From Oscillospiraceae bacterium (lineage in GTDB: Bacteria > Bacillota > Clostridia > Oscillospirales > CAG-272): a stretch of 55,322 nt of DNA. This document shows, in pieces, positions 53,757-55,322 of the stretch; position 1 is the first letter of the stretch, and the number at the start of each line of letters is the position of its first letter. The stretch covers positions 1 to 55,322 of the forward strand of contig SVSZ01000003.1 in NCBI GenBank assembly GCA_015064025.1. Direction: 5' to 3'. Under the pieces are notes generated by a model. It worked only from the letters and a program-made list of their open reading frames with translations. It made no database searches and was not told the origin of the DNA. Both the position numbers and the translations under genes were made by a program.

Positions 53757-55178
53757 ATGGAAAAAAACACGCGTGGCAACTTTACAGGTAACATTGGCTT
53801 TGTTCTCGCAACCGCGGGCTCGGCGATCGGTCTTGGAAATCTCTGGAGATTTCCCTATCTTGCTGCAAAGGATGGCGGCGGACTTTTTCTTCTGATCTAT
53901 CTTGCGCTTGTTCTCACCTTCGGTTTTACTTTGATGACGGCAGAAATCGCGATCGGAAGAAAAACGGGTGTCGGACCGCTACAAGCATATGGCAGAATGA
54001 ATAAAAGCTTCGGCTTTCTCGGCTGGATTTCAACTGCCGTTCCTCTTATTATTTTTCCCTACTACTGCGTCATTGGCGGTTGGATCGTAGAATACGCCTT
54101 CACCTACACCGTTGGCGCCGCAGGTAATATTTACGAAACAGGCGCAAAAGATTTCTTTACCGGCTTTATCACCTCGAACATCTCTCCCCTTCTCTGCTTT
54201 GTGATCTTTATGACGATCAGCGCGGCAATCGTTATTCTCGGCGTGGAAAAAGGCATCGAAAAGGCATCGAAAATTATGATGCCCGCCCTGTTCATTCTTA
54301 TTATCGGTATTTCTATTTACTCGCTGACACTTTCTCACACCGATGAGAATGGAGTCACCCGCACAGCTTGGGACGGATTGATGATCTATCTGATCCCTAA
54401 CTTTGAGGGCATTAGTTTTTCCAAATTCATTTCCATTCTTCTCGATGCTGTCGGTCAGCTTTTCTATTCCCTCAGCGTTGCGATGGGAATTATGATCACC
54501 TACGGCTCTTACACAAAGAAGGATAGCAATCTACTGTCGTCGATCAATCAAATCGAGCTGTTCGATACGGGAGTTGCGTTTCTTGCAGGTATGATCATCA
54601 TCCCCACCGTGTTCGTTTTCCAAGGCGCCGAGGGCTTGGCGGCATCGGGCCCCAGCCTGATGTTCGTATCTCTGCCGCAGGTGTTTGAGCAAATGGGAAT
54701 CTTTGGACACGTGCTCGGCGCGCTCTTCTTTATCCTCGTATTTTTTGCAGCTCTGACCTCTGCAATTTCCTTGATGGAGGCAGTTACGACGAGCATCATC
54801 GACAGGTTTCACCTCAAGCGAATCACCGCGACACTCGTATGCTACGCCATATCCCTCTTGATCGGCGCAGTCGTTTGCCTCGGCTATAATGTTTTCTACC
54901 TTGATATTCCGCTTCCCAACGGATCTGTCGGTCAGATTCTGGATCTGCTTGACTACGTTACCAACAATCTTATGCTTCCCATTGTCGCACTTTTGACCTG
55001 TATCATGATCGGTTGGGTATGCAAGCCCAAAAGTGTTCTTGACGAAATTTCCATCGGCACCGATGGAAAGAAATTCCGCCGCGAAAAGCTTTTCGTGGTA
55101 ATGATCAAATTCGTCGCGCCCGTCCTCCTTGTCGTTATCCTTTTGCAAGCGTTCAATCTCTTCTCTTTCCTCGGATAA
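53757..55178 (+). CDS. Sodium-dependent transporter, neurotransmitter:sodium symporter (SNF) family
   Basis: GFVLATAGSAIGLGNLWRFPY signature at the N-terminus. About 11-12 TM segments. Confidence 0.9.
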   Translation: MEKNTRGNFTGNIGFVLATAGSAIGLGNLWRFPYLAAKDGGGLFLLIYLALVLTFGFTLMTAEIAIGRKTGVGPLQAYGRMNKSFGFLGWISTAVPLIIFPYYCVIGGWIVEYAFTYTVGAAGNIYETGAKDFFTGFITSNISPLLCFVIFMTISAAIVILGVEKGIEKASKIMMPALFILIIGISIYSLTLSHTDENGVTRTAWDGLMIYLIPNFEGISFSKFISILLDAVGQLFYSLSVAMGIMITYGSYTKKDSNLLSSINQIELFDTGVAFLAGMIIIPTVFVFQGAEGLAASGPSLMFVSLPQVFEQMGIFGHVLGALFFILVFFAALTSAISLMEAVTTSIIDRFHLKRITATLVCYAISLLIGAVVCLGYNVFYLDIPLPNGSVGQILDLLDYVTNNLMLPIVALLTCIMIGWVCKPKSVLDEISIGTDGKKFRREKLFVVMIKFVAPVLLVVILLQAFNLFSFLG

Positions 55179-55206
55179 AGGCAGGCAAGGAGCCGGCGAT
55201 ACAAAA

Positions 55207-55322
55207 AAGGGGCTGTCACATTTGACGAGACCGAAAAAGCCCGTGGGGTAAAGAAAAAAGCCCCACTTGCCGTCAAAAAAACGACAAATGAGACAGTATA
55301 AGGTTGAATTTCTTCGAAATTC
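55207..55322 (+). repeat. Copy B of the ~115-nt structured repeat, truncated by the window end
   Basis: Aligns base-for-base with 52267-52381, apart from a 1-nt A insertion and 6 substitutions clustered in one stem. It begins 28 nt after the transporter stop. Confidence 0.9.

Overview
This looks like a chromosomal segment of a spore-forming Clostridia-class Firmicute, roughly 50% GC. That placement is an inference from gene content: pro-sigma-K, yabO-yabP-yabQ-divIC, a SpoVB/YabM-like flippase, a sporulation-type DD-carboxypeptidase and a T-box-controlled thrS. Coding is dense and mostly housekeeping. Left to right: a truncated sigK at the window edge, pfk, wecB and an esterase. Next comes a 10-gene electron-bifurcating-type [FeFe]-hydrogenase operon (nuoE-like, six small regulatory-looking genes, 2Fe-2S ferredoxin, nuoF-like, hydA). 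It is followed by a pair of COG0523 metallochaperone-like genes, one carrying a His/Cys-rich 90-bp tandem repeat. Then cdaA, a COG2509 flavoprotein, rseC-like, recJ, relA, dtd, hemZ, a uridine-kinase-like gene, mtaD, a MOP flippase, hup, yabO/P/Q, divIC and smpB. A minus-strand block follows: topB, a mini P-loop ATPase, pgi, a DD-carboxypeptidase, thrS with its T-box, an mgsA-like gene, DUF436, DUF1385 and ispE. The window ends with two tandem AI-2E permeases, htpG, a PDT-like gene, a TSCPD protein, a phosphoglucomutase, a GT4 glycosyltransferase and an SNF-family transporter. I found no CRISPR array, rRNA, tRNA, transposase or integrase. The best candidates for something under-described are: (1) the DRTGG / GHKL-ATPase / hydrogenase-like sensor / PHP module embedded in the hydrogenase operon; (2) the COG0523 pair, especially a degenerate-GTPase fusion to a DUF1980-like domain; (3) a ~115-nt structured repeat present twice, with compensatory stem substitutions; (4) sigK ending exactly at the window edge, possibly a skin-like interruption. 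All product calls come from my recognition of motifs in the supplied translations. No database search was run.
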